Part shown: piece by piece, positions 15,373 to 27,945 of the stretch
How positions within the stretch are numbered: position 1 is the stretch's first letter
Layout: every line of letters starts with the position of its first letter
From: Octopus vulgaris
Lineage: Eukaryota
NCBI GenBank assembly: GCA_951406725.2
Contig: OX597828.1
Location: forward strand, 28,458,001 to 28,522,000
Direction of reading: 5' to 3'
DNA length: 64,000 bases
Made by a program: the position numbers and the translations under genes
Notes under the pieces: model-generated
Told to the model about the DNA's origin: nothing
Database searches by the model: none
Seen by the model: the letters and a program-made list of their open reading frames with translations, nothing else

Positions 15373-16649
15373 CCACCACCACCATCATTATCAAATTAGC
15401 TGTAATAACAATGCAACCAATAATTACGAAGTCTTTTTCATTCTCTTCTCCACTAAGATTTTCCATTCCCTTCTGTCTATCTATCTATCTCCCCCTATCT
15501 CTCTCTCTCTCTTGATACAACATACATGCATATATATATATATATATACTCACACACACACACACATCCATACATAAAGTCTCATACATATATGCAAATA
15601 CATGTATGTATATGTGCATATACATGTATGTGTATATATATATATATAAAACCAATCCATATTCATCTACCTATTGAAATATACATATAAATATACACAC
15701 AGACACATATACACATAAGCATATACATGATATGCATGCACAAATGTGTGTGGATATGCATATGTGTATCTGCCTATGTATTTATGTATAGGTATAGGTA
15801 TATATGTGTATGTGTGTATGCGTATGCATATATGTGTGTTTGTATATGTATATATATATATATATATATGCATGTGTGTGTATATGTATGTGTGTGTGTG
15901 TACGTATATATGTATATATATCAGTGCAAATGTTACATATACATAAACACAGACGAACAAGCTGAACAATTCATACAAACAAATATACGTAAAGGAAGGA
16001 TTCTGATAGCAAATTGCCAGATAATTAAACAGGTCTTGAAACATATTGAAATTCTAACTGTACGGAATTGGCTATCTTTTCTGCGGATCATCCCAGTAAT
16101 TGCGTTGCAAATTGGTGTGGATTAGATGCTTATCCTATGCAAGGCCAAGCTCCTTGGTCATGGAATACAAATTAAGGATAGTGGATGGCATAACAACTGG
16201 ATAATATTAATGTTTGTTACATCTGGCTTAGGTCTTCTATCTAGCTATATACTGCCCTATATATATACATACATATACACACACTTGTATATATATATAT
16301 ATATATATTGTCTATCAACTTGTATACATTTATAGCCAGCACATGATATTTGTAAGATGCATTTTCTACATGTATATATTTATGTGTATATGTATATACA
16401 TGTGTGTCTTAAGAAATATGAAGTATACAAATATATTTTTTTATATTGTGTATGCACAGGTATGTGTTTGTGTGTGTGTGTGTGTATATAAATATATTTT
16501 TCATTTGTCCCTCTGTGTATGTGATTTTCATAGTAAGTGTATATATATATATATATGTATATTCATGCATAAATACATACATTTATATGTGTACTTGTAT
16601 GTGTGTGTATATGAATATGATTATATACATCAGTGTATGTGTGTGTGTA

Positions 16650-16706
<57 letters not shown>

Positions 16707-16987
16707 GTGTGTGTAGACACACACACATTGTGCATATGTATGTGTATGCATGCGAACACACATGCATGCATTATAGGCATAATGTTTCTTTAATATATCT
16801 TATATGTATTTCATTAACAATAATATGTTATATAAAAATGCCTTACAAACAGATTATATCATCAAATCTCCAGAGATTGTATGACAGACATAAATGCCCA
16901 TTAGGTTATATAATGGACTTCAGAATGTGCTGTGGTATCAACAAGCATAACAAATATAATTATTTGTGTGTGTGGATATATATAAAG

Positions 16988-17031
<44 letters not shown>

Positions 17032-17559
17032 TGTGGTGTGTATGTCTATATGTGTGTGTGTATACATATATACACACATACACATCAGTGTGGTACAAAA
17101 AGTAATACAAAGGCAGTCATAACTACTTTCTCACCTGCAATGTCCTCAGAAACTGTGCTTGTTGATAGATTAGCTTTTGCTCCATACAAGGGCCCTACTC
17201 AACATATTCTCCAACACAAGCAATGCATTTGGGCCACCACTGAACCCAACATTTTAATCCTCTTTCAACAAATTCAGGTGTGTGCTGTTGAACCCAATTC
17301 TCCATAGCCATTTTTACCTTGTTTGCCTCATCAAATCATTGTCCTCAGAAACTGTCCTTCCGTGGAGCATCACACCTGGTTGTACAGTGAACGGAGCACC
17401 TTTGACTGGCCCAGTTTGTTGATTGCCTGATTTGTGACCAAAGATTTGTTTATTTTGCGCTTTATAATGGGGAACATGAATCACTTTTATATTCATCTTA
17501 CTAATGGATTCCCTAAGCTTTCTTTAGTGTCTTGATGGAGTGATTGCTGTTCATGATTT

Positions 17560-18520
17560 ATTCATGTTCCAGAAAATCAAACAGAATGACACATTATCAA
17601 CGCCAAAGAAGCAGTCACCATAACATTCTATGCTAAACTCTAGCTCTTGAATATTATAAGTTCTGGAGAAAAGATGTGACACCATTTCGTGGACTAAGCC
17701 TTCGTTTCCAGATCATAAAGATGTTCCCACATTTCATCCCCTGTTACCAAATTGGAAAAAAATGTATCTTCAATGGCGCAGGATTGGCTATCAGCGCAGG
17801 AGTGGCTCTGTGGTAAGTAGCTTGTCTGCCAACCACATGGTTCCGGGTTCAGTCCCACTGCGTGGCACCTTGGGCAAGTGTCTTCTACTATAGCCTCGGG
17901 CCGACCAAAGCCCTGTGAGTGGATTTGGTAGGCGGAAACTGAAAGAAACCCGTCGTATATATATGTATGTGTGTGTGTGTGTGTGTTTGTGTGTATGTGT
18001 TTGTCCCCTAGCATTGCTTGACAACCAATGCTGGTGTGTTTATGTCCCCGTTACTTAGCGGTTCGGCAAAAGAGACCGATAGAATAAGTACTGGGCTTAC
18101 AAAAGAATAAGTCCCGAGGTCGAGTTGCTCGACTAAAGGCGGTGCTCCAGAATGGCCGCAGTCAAATGACTGAAACAAGTAAAAGAGTAAAAGAGTAATG
18201 GCTTCAAACTCTTCCAACCAATCAGAGAAAACTTTCATTTATTTCTCCTTCCAGTTGGTTGTCAACTGCTGAGGTTGACACTTTGAAGCCATTTTCCAAT
18301 ACTCAAATGAACGGTGACTTCAGTCCAGTTGTGCTCATGGATTTTGACTCATCCGCCTGCATGACTCAATTCATCTACTCATTAGTTATATGTCCATTCG
18401 TTAATTATTTGGTTCATTAATCACAGTTGATGGTCTCATGCTGTGCGGCTAGTTTTCAATTACTAATTTTCCCTTTTTGAAATTTCTTCTTCATCCATCT
18501 GTGCACAATGCTCTTGTCAA
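17560..18520 (-). mobile_element. Degenerate mariner transposase relic interrupted by a SINE
   Basis: FFSNLVTGDEMWEHLYDLETK corresponds to the mariner 'IVTGDETWVHHYDPETK' motif; boundaries approximate. Confidence 0.7.
17794..18197 (+). mobile_element. CORE-like SINE family 2 (tRNA head, CORE-like ccttgggcaagt, internal TA/TG microsatellite, LINE-like tail)
   Basis: Multi-copy: about 32575-32965, 38270-38660(-), 42215-42618, 44420-44585(-), 47996-48392 and 57455-57610. Confidence 0.82.
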
Positions 18521-19014
18521 TTGTGTCATCTCCATAAACAACTTGTAGCTTTCTGTCAATGTAAGATACCCTGCACCCCCCCCCCCCCCACTTCTGCTTG
18601 GAATCTATTATTTATCAACAACAGAAAACAGGAGAAAGAGTTACTCTTGAGAAAGAATTATTTTACCAACACATGTAATTTCAACACCTTCTGTCAGGTA
18701 ATAAAAACAGCCATGCCTTCTTCTGCATTACATTTGTACAACACTTGTGTAAACATACATATATATAAGTATACACGTGCATATTTATCTTTCCATATAT
18801 GTGTGTGTCTGAATATATACATAAGAATATGTATATATAAGAACAAGTGATCGGCGCAGGCAGGTGGCACAAAAGCGAGATAAACACCACAGATAAATAA
18901 TAATAGACACAGGTAGAGATAGTTTACATAGAAGCTCTTCTCTCCGTAACACTGTAGAGAGGTAAACCTACTTTAACCTGAGCATGCACACACTATTCCT
19001 TGATTCTCTTGTAA

Positions 19015-19415
19015 TCTTTATATATAAAAGTCAAGTTGTGTGTCTGTCTCCTACGATTTAGATTCCTAACTACTCCCACATTTTGCGGTGCAGTTTAACC
19101 AAAACCGGGTATCTTATAGTCGTGATTCATATCAAACCCTTCTGGGTATTAGCGTGCGTCTACGATGAGTCTACAATTTTAAAAAAAATTTACCATCATT
19201 TTTTTCTATTTTAATGCATTTTTTTCGCTATTATATAAGGGAAGTAACTCTCTAAAAATGTCTACGATGAGTCAACAATTTAAGAAAAAATTTACCATCA
19301 TGTTTTTTTTCCATTTTAAAAGCATTTTTTTGCTATTTTTTGGCTATAACTCTCTAAAAATGCTTATATAGTTATTTCCCTTACAAACCCGAGCAACGCC
19401 GGGCGATACTGCTAG
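19015..19415 (+). mobile_element. Non-autonomous Helitron-like element
   Basis: 5' TC, 3' hairpin cccgagcaacgccggg then CTAG, inserted between A and T with no TSD; second copy at 52778-53175. Confidence 0.82.
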
Positions 19416-20019
19416 TCTAATATCAAAAATTACTTCATGTGAGATAATAATTGCCAATTTATGAATGACTGAATGTTCTTTCTTATTCCTTCCTATCAAG
19501 CAGATGAACCAAAGTAAGAACGTGGAGAGAAGATGGACTTCTTCTAAAATACAAACAAGAAACAAAAACACACGCATGTACACACACACATACACACAGC
19601 CATATTTACATAAAATCAACCATACACATACAAATAGATATACACACGCACATACATCACTAAAGAAACTATTTGATCAAGTGAACCAGTGATTAGCTTT
19701 TTCTTTATAACAACTCATTTCCATAAAAGTTGTCTCCTCCTCCCACTCTTTCACTTCCTTTATATTTTTCTTTAACTTTCCCTCCTTCACTAAATGCTTC
19801 TCTCTCTCTTTCTCCCCCCTCTCTCTCTATATATATGTGTGTGTGTGTGTGTGTGTACATACACTGTTTCCTGTTGGTTTCCCACTTCTCTGCTTTCCCT
19901 GTGGATTCTGAGAACTTCTAAAGAAAGAAACACAAAGAATACAAAAAGAAACAAAACACAACAAAAAAAGAAAAGCTTGCTCATAAACTAAGGGTGAAGG
20001 TTTCTCTTCTTCTCTCTTC

Positions 20020-20072
<53 letters not shown>

Positions 20073-20144
20073 GAGAGAGAGCAATAGATAGACAGAATGT
20101 ACAGTAAAACAGATGCATAAACAGCCAGCCAAACAGTCAGAAGA

Positions 20145-20151
20145 AAGATAG

Positions 20152-20192
<41 letters not shown>

Positions 20193-20235
20193 AAGATATA
20201 TAAATAGATAGACAGGCAGATAGAGAGATTGATAG

Positions 20236-20310
<75 letters not shown>

Positions 20311-20345
20311 TAGCTAGATAGATAGAGAGAAAGAGATAGATAGCT

Positions 20346-20376
<31 letters not shown>

Positions 20377-20401
20377 TTGATAGATAGAGAGAGAGATAGA
20401 G

Positions 20402-20433
<32 letters not shown>

Positions 20434-20481
20434 ATTGATAGATAGATAGATAAGATAGAGAGAGAGAGAGAGAGAGAGATT

Positions 20482-20541
<60 letters not shown>

Positions 20542-20567
20542 TAGATAGATAGAGAGATAGAGAGATT

Positions 20568-20639
<72 letters not shown>

Positions 20640-20640
20640 T
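20145..20640. repeat. (GATA)n/(GA)n compound microsatellite
   Basis: Directly visible. Confidence 0.95.
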
Positions 20641-21253
20641 CCCATATCCTTTCCAAAGAAACTTTTAATACCATGTATTGGAGGGATACAAGACAATTGC
20701 CAATTCTGTCTGGATTCTCTCTCTAAGTTATCCAGCCAGTGCTGACCAACTTGATAAAAATGCATGAAATATCTAAGGCCCTCATTTATTTATTTTTTTT
20801 ATTTACATTTTACCTTTTTCTTTTCCTTCTAATACTACTATTCTCCTGTTACTTTTTTTTTCTTTGAAAAAGAATGTTTTTGTTTTTTTGTGTCAGTTTT
20901 CTTTTTATTTTTATGTAAGTGGTTCTTATTAATGTTGTTGTTGTCGTTGCTTAGAACTTTTTCTAGTGTTTTCTGTATTTGTGTGCACAGTTCTACAGCA
21001 ACTCAACAAACATTGAAACTTATTCCACACAGCTGTCAAAACAAGGCTGGAATGGTCAGCAAATTCTTGGTTTACAGGAATACAAAACTAAAAAGTTCCA
21101 CCTTTTGCAAAAATCTAGCAAGATTCTATTTTTTTTTTCTTCTTCTTCTGAATAGAGGTTTACAGAATAATGACATCGCTTTTTATTATCATGTGGATAG
21201 AACAAGTCACCCACATTCCACACTTATATACCAATTCCATATTAGTTCTTCTG

Positions 21254-21270
21254 TCGAGCAGATGGCGCTA
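21254..21270 (+). promoter_or_regulatory. Candidate CTCF site
   Basis: tCGAGCAGATGGCGCTA is close to the bilaterian CTCF core CCASYAGRKGGCRS; CpG-containing in AT-rich unique DNA. Confidence 0.4.
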
Positions 21271-21504
21271 AAATACCTTATTGTAAAGTTGTATTCTTTG
21301 TAACTGTTTGCTTCTTCTTATTCTGTAAGAGTGTCTCGCTTCTCGCCCATTCTTATATTCTTGTGAATTTCTGTTTTTCTTTTGTTGTTTATTTTGAGAG
21401 TTTTCAATTAAAAGGGAAAAAAAATAACTGGTAGATAAGTCAACAATGATTCCTATGTGTGTGTGTGTGTGTGTATAGATAGATAAATAGATAGATAGAT
21501 AGAT

Positions 21505-21650
21505 ATGTTTCTTTATTAGCCACACAGGGCTGCACACAGACAGGACAAATTACAAGGTAGAGCCTTTCTTTTGGGGGGTAAAAAAAGGGGGTTTGGTTTT
21601 CGATCAAAAGGGATCGTAAAGGGAAAGAAAGAGGACAAAAAGGGGGGAAT
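21505..21650 (-). mobile_element. Short 3'-end copy of the same Tx1-like LINE
   Basis: Near-identical to 21700-21860; abuts a (GATA)n tract. Confidence 0.75.
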
Positions 21651-21699
21651 AAATTTTTTTTTTAAATAGACAGATAGATAGATAGATAGAGAGATAGAT

Positions 21700-22948
21700 A
21701 TGTTTCTTTATTAGCCACACAGGGCTGCACACAGATAGAACAAATTACAAGGTAGAGCTTTTCTTTTGAAGGGTTAAAAAAAAAAAAAAAAAAAAAAAAA
21801 GGAAGGGGGAGTTTCGATCAAAAGGGATCGTAAAAGGAGAGAAAGAGGACAAAAAGGGGGTTAAAAAAAAAGGGGAGAGGAAAAAAAATTGATCAATAGG
21901 GATCGTTATCACAGAAATGTCAATATGAAGTGTAAAGGGGAGGACAGGTGAGGTTTACCCGTGGAAAGAAAAGCCTACGGAAAAGACCACGGTAACCTCG
22001 GTCAATGGAGTCACATGTTATATTTCTTTTTTTTTTTTTTTTTGCAAATAAGCAACTCTCTGTTTTCAATTTCTGGGTTCATAGGATCATGCTCAAGGTG
22101 GCTTCGTCATTCATACGTGCCATTCTTGCTACATTCACCCATCTTTTTTTAAAACATTCGCTAGACAAAACTTGCCTCTCTACTCTCACTTTCCTTTTCA
22201 AGTGGTACTTGAAGAAGTTGATGAGAGATTGACCAGAGAGGAAAGTGTTTGTCTCCAATCCTTTCAGACGCGTCCACCAGATACATTCTTTCGCCATAGC
22301 CACAAGGATGATGAAAATAGCTCTTCCTTCCCGTTTGAAGGAAGGAGGCGTGACAATATTGACGATAGACTCAGCTGATAAACCGACTCGTCCCACACGT
22401 GACAGCAGTTGTTCGACATAAGCCCACAGGTCGGAAATTGTTGGACACTGAACGAGTGCGTGCAGAACGGTTTCGTCGCTCTGACAGCATCTCAGGCAGG
22501 TCGGCCCCGTGTTTCTCGAGCCGTGTCTGTAGAGCTTATCCCGAACGGGTAGCGCTTCTCGGTAGCACTGCCAGGCCAGGGATCTCTGGAAGTTGTCCAT
22601 GGGCCCTGGCCCGAAAGTCGTCCTGAACAGGCGGGTCAGGTACTCCTCGTCGACGTCCAGGTTCGCCCCGAGCTCGTCGTCGTACCTCCCCTCCACTAAA
22701 CCCCTATAGAATGCTTTGGTTGTGTTGAAGTCACTTAAGGTCGACCCAGGACGGCAGAGTTGCTTGAGAGCAACGCGACACTCGCGGTGCCATTCGCCCT
22801 TCCTCAGCCTCTTTTTGATCCACGACTGCAGTTCGGTCATGGAGACGAGCTGCGGGAAAGCGTGCCTCACAAACGGCGACCACACCTGTTCACCGTCGTC
22901 TACATAGAGCCAGAGATGTCGCAGTCTCAGCGCGTGTCTGCGCATCAT
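21700..22948 (-). mobile_element. Tx1/L1-like LINE 3' fragment (ORF2 C-terminus with zf-RVT/CCHC and 3' UTR)
   Basis: ORF 22079-22948: LAWQCYREALPVRDKL...CLRCCQSDETVLHALVQC...AKECIWWTR. GC-rich body, 3' end ...gtggctaataaagaaacat joined to (ATCT)n. Confidence 0.82.
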
Positions 22949-23093
22949 CGCGCTGAGTCTGCGACATCTCTGGCTCTATGTAGACGACGGTGAACAGGTG
23001 TGGTCGCCGTTTGTGAGGCACGCTTTCCCGCAGCTCGTCTCCATAGATAGACAGATAGATAGATAGACTGATCGATAGATAGATAGACTGATC

Positions 23094-23149
<56 letters not shown>

Positions 23150-23938
23150 TACAGTTTAGTTATAGGATTCAATAGAATCTAGGCACATCAATATGGGGGT
23201 AAAAAAAGGGGGTTTGGTTTTCGATCAAAAGGGATCGTAAAGGGAAAGAAAGAGGACAAAAAAGGGGGGAATAAAATTTTTTTTTTAAATAGACAGATAG
23301 ATAGATAGATAGAGAGACAGTTTAGTTATAGGATTCAATAGAATCTAGGTACATCAATATGTAGGATGAAAGAAATGGCTAGGTACAATAACACAGGGCT
23401 TCTCAGTGAGGTAAAGCAATGATGGAATCAAGTGTTAGTAGGACACTATAGGTATGATTTGATTCAGGATTGGTTCTATGTGTGGTGTAAGTATAAAAGG
23501 AGGACACAGCTGTTTCAGTAGGATTTTATTGATGTTTGTTTTCACAGATTACATCTTAACATACAATCCACCATCTTCAGGTAAAACTTTAAACAGGTAT
23601 CAAACGGGTGAGATAATACATTGATCATGAGTAATTTATCTGAAGATGGTGGATTATATGTTGTGATGTAATATATGAATACATCAGTAATCACTACATG
23701 TTTGGGAAACAAGCTTCTTATCACACAGGCCATATGTGTGCACCTTTACATATGTATGTGTGTGTGTGTGTGTATAAGAGCGGGCATGAGTGCATGATGA
23801 AAAAGTTTGTTTCCCAAGCGCATGGCTCCTGGTCCAGTTTCACCTCACAGTACCTTGGGCAAGTGTCTGTTACTGTAACCTCAAGTCAATCAAAACCTTG
23901 TTAGAGAAGTTGGTACATGGAAACTGAAACAAGCCTGT

Positions 23939-23991
<53 letters not shown>

Positions 23992-24879
23992 GCAGGTATG
24001 TGTGTGTGTGCATATGTATGTATCTGTAGATATATGTATCAAATGAAATCAAAAACAGAACACAAAGGATGTCAAGGTACACGTGTTTCAAGCTTTATAA
24101 ACAACCTATTCTTACATCAGTGTATAATCAACATAAGGGATGGTTTAAAGCTCTCTTCAGCCGCATGCAATTGTTATACAAAAGATTTACATCACATTAG
24201 GAAAAATCCAAAAGGTACAATTAGTGTTACCCATAATGATTGGTATATCAAGTCTCCCTGAGAAAGTGTATTTGTAAACTAGCTGGCATATACAGGTGCT
24301 TACACTTATCAAGTATTCACCCTAAATTTATTGTATCTGTAGATAGATGGACAGACAGAGAAATAGATAAAGAAAATCTTGACACCACCTTTCAAGTAGT
24401 TTATATTCATCTGCAATAAATTTTTGACTTGTTACAAAGTGATTCTGAGCCAAACTAATAATATAAGCACACACACACACAAATATATATATTTGGTTCT
24501 TGTCTTGGTTTATGTTCCGTGCTTCATTAGCTCAGTTTCATTAGTATCACTTAGACTCTCCAATCAGCCGAAAAATCTAATCTCTCCTGGAATTATCCGT
24601 TTCGCTTAAACATACTAACACTGTGTGTGTTTGTGTATGTGTGTATATATACACATATCACACACATATATATAAGTATAAGCATATGTGTGTGTGTAAA
24701 TGTGTTTATATATATACGAATATATATAAGTGTATGTATATTAAATATATATGTATATGTATATATAAATATGTATATATATATATATATGTTTATATAC
24801 AGAGTACATAAGATATTTGAGGACAGATTTATGTTTATAAAAAAAACAGATTTATAATAATAAATAATGACTTTATTTA

Positions 24880-25350
24880 TCATAAAATGCTATGGGGATA
24901 AAAATAAACCTTCTTTTCTGTAATGATATCCAATAAAGCCACCTTCAGCTTCAACAACTGCTTCTATATGAGATCTAAATCATCTACATACTCGCATCAA
25001 GTGGTCCTGGTTCATTTTGGACATTACTCTGACTATGGCAGCTTTCAAAGAATCTTTGGTGTTATGGGCGTGTCCATTGACCTCTCTTTCAACAACGCTC
25101 CACATGTAATAGTCCAATGGATTGAGACCTGAGGAATTAGGAGACCAAATGCTAAGGGTTATGTGATCATGAAAATTTTCAGCCATCCACTCCTGTGTTA
25201 TTAGAGCTATGTGTGATAGTGCAGAGTCTTACTGAAACACATATGGTCTTCCATTGCATACACTGTCTATCCAGGGCTTAACACTTATTTCTAGAACCTC
25301 AATATAGGCAGCAGATTTAACTCTAAGGCCTTGTGGAAAGAAGTAAGCCC
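24880..25350 (-). mobile_element. Tc1/mariner (maT-like) transposase relic
   Basis: WSPNSSGLNPLDYYMWSVVE corresponds to the WPPxSPDLNPLDY motif. Confidence 0.72.
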
Positions 25351-25359
25351 CAGCTCAAT

Positions 25360-26085
25360 CAAGAGCATGCTCGGCATTTTTTCAACATCCATGGTTTTGT
25401 GCATCAAGAATTCGCCCTGCTAGGGCCAGACTGCCAATCAAGAGTTCTACTGTGATGTTTTGAAGTGTTTGAGGGAGGACATCCAGTGAAAGCCATCTGT
25501 GAAGTATGAAGAATTGAATTCTTCATGAGGACAATGCACCCTGGCATCAAGCTATCCTCACTCTTGAGTTTCTCACCAAAAACATGGTACAGCTTCCATA
25601 CCTGCCCTATTCACCAGATTTAGCCCCTGTAGACTTCCGTCTCTTCCCCAAGAGAAAAATGCAGCTCAAAGGTTACCATTTTAACACCATTGTGTATTGT
25701 AGTAAAGATTGTTTGCCATCATAACATAGCAGTCCTGGTTTAGGATGAATGTTGCTGTAATTTAGCCACAGGAGACATCGTCTCCAGCTAGCTATACAAC
25801 ATGATCTGTGTCCTTATACTTTTGCCACAGGTCGTGTCAAATAGCCAGCTGGAGACGATGTCTCCTGGGGCTAAATTACAGCATCATTCATCCTAAACCA
25901 GGACTGCCAAACAATCTTTACTACAAATTATTGTTGCTGAATATCTCTCGTTGTGAGATTTAAAAATAGTAATTTTCTAACCACTGTGCAAGGTGACTGT
26001 TTCAAAGAAGGTGACATTAAAACTTAGGTAAATAAGTTATTTTTTATTAAACATAACCAGTCCAGTACCTTTTTGATACCACCTC
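25360..26085 (+). mobile_element. Mariner transposase 3' relic containing a MITE
   Basis: Degenerate LHEDNAP.H and PYSPDLAPVDF.LFP motifs. Confidence 0.72.
25697..25926. mobile_element. Palindromic MITE-like element
   Basis: Termini ttgtagtaaagattgtttg / caaacaatctttactacaa; most of the element is self-complementary. Confidence 0.75.
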
Positions 26086-27064
26086 CCTAAATTGTCAAAA
26101 GTTATTCTTCATCCTCTTCATCATTTTTTTTATTTCTTTACTACCCACAAGGGGCTAAACACAGGGAGGATAAACAAGGACAGACAAACGGATTAAGTCG
26201 ATTATATCGACCCCACTGCCTAACTGGTACTTATTTAATCGACCCCGAAAGGATGAAAGGCAAAGTCGACCTCGGCGGAATTTGAACTCAGAACGTAGCG
26301 CCAGACAAAATACCGCTAAGCATTTCGCCCATCGTGCTAACGTTTCTGCCAGCTCGCCACCTTCAACAAACACTTCCTCTTCATCATTGCCACATCCACC
26401 CCCACCACCATCATCATCACCACCACCACAATCATCATCATCATCTGCATTTTCAGCAGTAGCAGCATTTTACTCTTATTTTTCCATGTTTTGAACATGT
26501 TTTCTGTGTCAGGGCTTTGTGGCATGATGCCCTTCTCTTTCTCGACCCTTTTTCTCCTTCTTTTGCGACATACAGGGATGTGGGGTCGGAGACATTTTGG
26601 TACAAACCATTTTGGTGCTGCCTATTTGATGTCGCTTGTTCAATGTTGACTTGTTGGACATCAGACATTTTAATCTTTCCTTCATTTTCTCTCTCTCCCC
26701 CTCTTACCCCTTCTCTCTCTCTCTCTCTCTCTCTTTATTTCTGTATATTTCACTTTATGCATATAAGGAGAGAGAAAGTGTTTGTGTCAATCATGCTCAA
26801 TTAATAAATTGTAATGTGTGTGTGTTTTCATTGTATTATTTTGGTCAGATCAGTTTGTATGAGAGGAATATGTTTACATCTGTGTTACTGTGCATGTATT
26901 TATGTGTATGTGTTTGTGTGTCAAGAGTAAATCTTCCAATCTTAGTAATTTATATGACTTAACCGTAAAATTAATTCTTCAGGCAATGGTGCCTGTCTGT
27001 TTTATCAAATAAATAAATAGTAAAAAAAAATTAACAAATGGAAAAAAAACCAAAACAAAGAACA

Positions 27065-27095
<31 letters not shown>

Positions 27096-27728
27096 CTAAC
27101 AATAATAATAATAATAGTAATGATAATAATAGACCTTCTGTACACTCATGCTACTGAGTTCTTCTTGTCTCTGCCAATTACCATTCTTTTCAGTTCAAAG
27201 ATCTCCATTTCATTTACGCTTTCTCGAAAATTGCTCATTTTCGCAAGGAATCCAAATATTTCTAATCAAGCCAGACGCATTGGCTAAAATTTCAGCTAAT
27301 TATCTTTCAATGGAACCAAACTAGTAGATACTATTGGTTTCTTGGTTGGATTATATATCTGAAATAAATATTAGTTTTCCTCAATATTGTTTATCTATCT
27401 GATTAGGGTCGAAAACATTAGCAGAACCAGTGAGAAAACCAAACACGACTTGTTTCTCTACTCTGTGGCACTAGTTTGCAGAAGTTTCTAATCCACACGC
27501 TTTGTTGAAACATGAAGCTTCATTTCTGGTTTCAGGTACCATACCAATCTCTCGGGGGTATTCTCCAGTAACTGTTATTACTCTTATTATAAATCATTGA
27601 ATGGGATGTCTTTGAGAAGCTGCTACTGTATAAGTCCACAGATTTGTTGTATTTAACATCTCAAAGCTGGAAGCTTAACATAGAAATCATAGATCATGAT
27701 GTGTGTTTTTTATATTCCTAGCACTATG

Positions 27729-27945
27729 TAAGGCAGCAAGCTGGCAGAAACGTTAGCAAGCCGGGCGAAACGCTTAGTGGTATTTCATTTGTCTTTACAT
27801 TCTGAGTTCAAATTCCGGCGAGGTCGACTTTGCTTTTATTCTTTTCGGGGTCGATAAATTAAGTACTAGTTGCATACTGAGGTCAATCTAATCGACTGGC
27901 CCCCTTCTCCCAAAATTTCTGGCCTTGTGCCTAGAGCAGAAAAGA
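27729..27945 (+). mobile_element. SINE family 1 (tail B) with 17-bp TSD
   Basis: TSD atattcctagcactatg at 27712-27728 and 27946-27962. Related copies at about 2885-3040(-), 10553-10765, 10827-11045, 12350-12540, 12985-13190 and 30050-30207. Confidence 0.85.

Noticed and set aside
23469-23520. ATTGG plus TATAAAA plus TCAGT promoter-like set
   Set aside because: TATA-to-Inr spacing (25 nt) is short, and such words are common in AT-rich DNA.
27481-27540. HEASFLVSG followed by a donor-like cag|gtacc as a possible WDR4 exon
   Set aside because: Donor would be phase 1, incompatible with the phase-0 exon at 32004; weak similarity.
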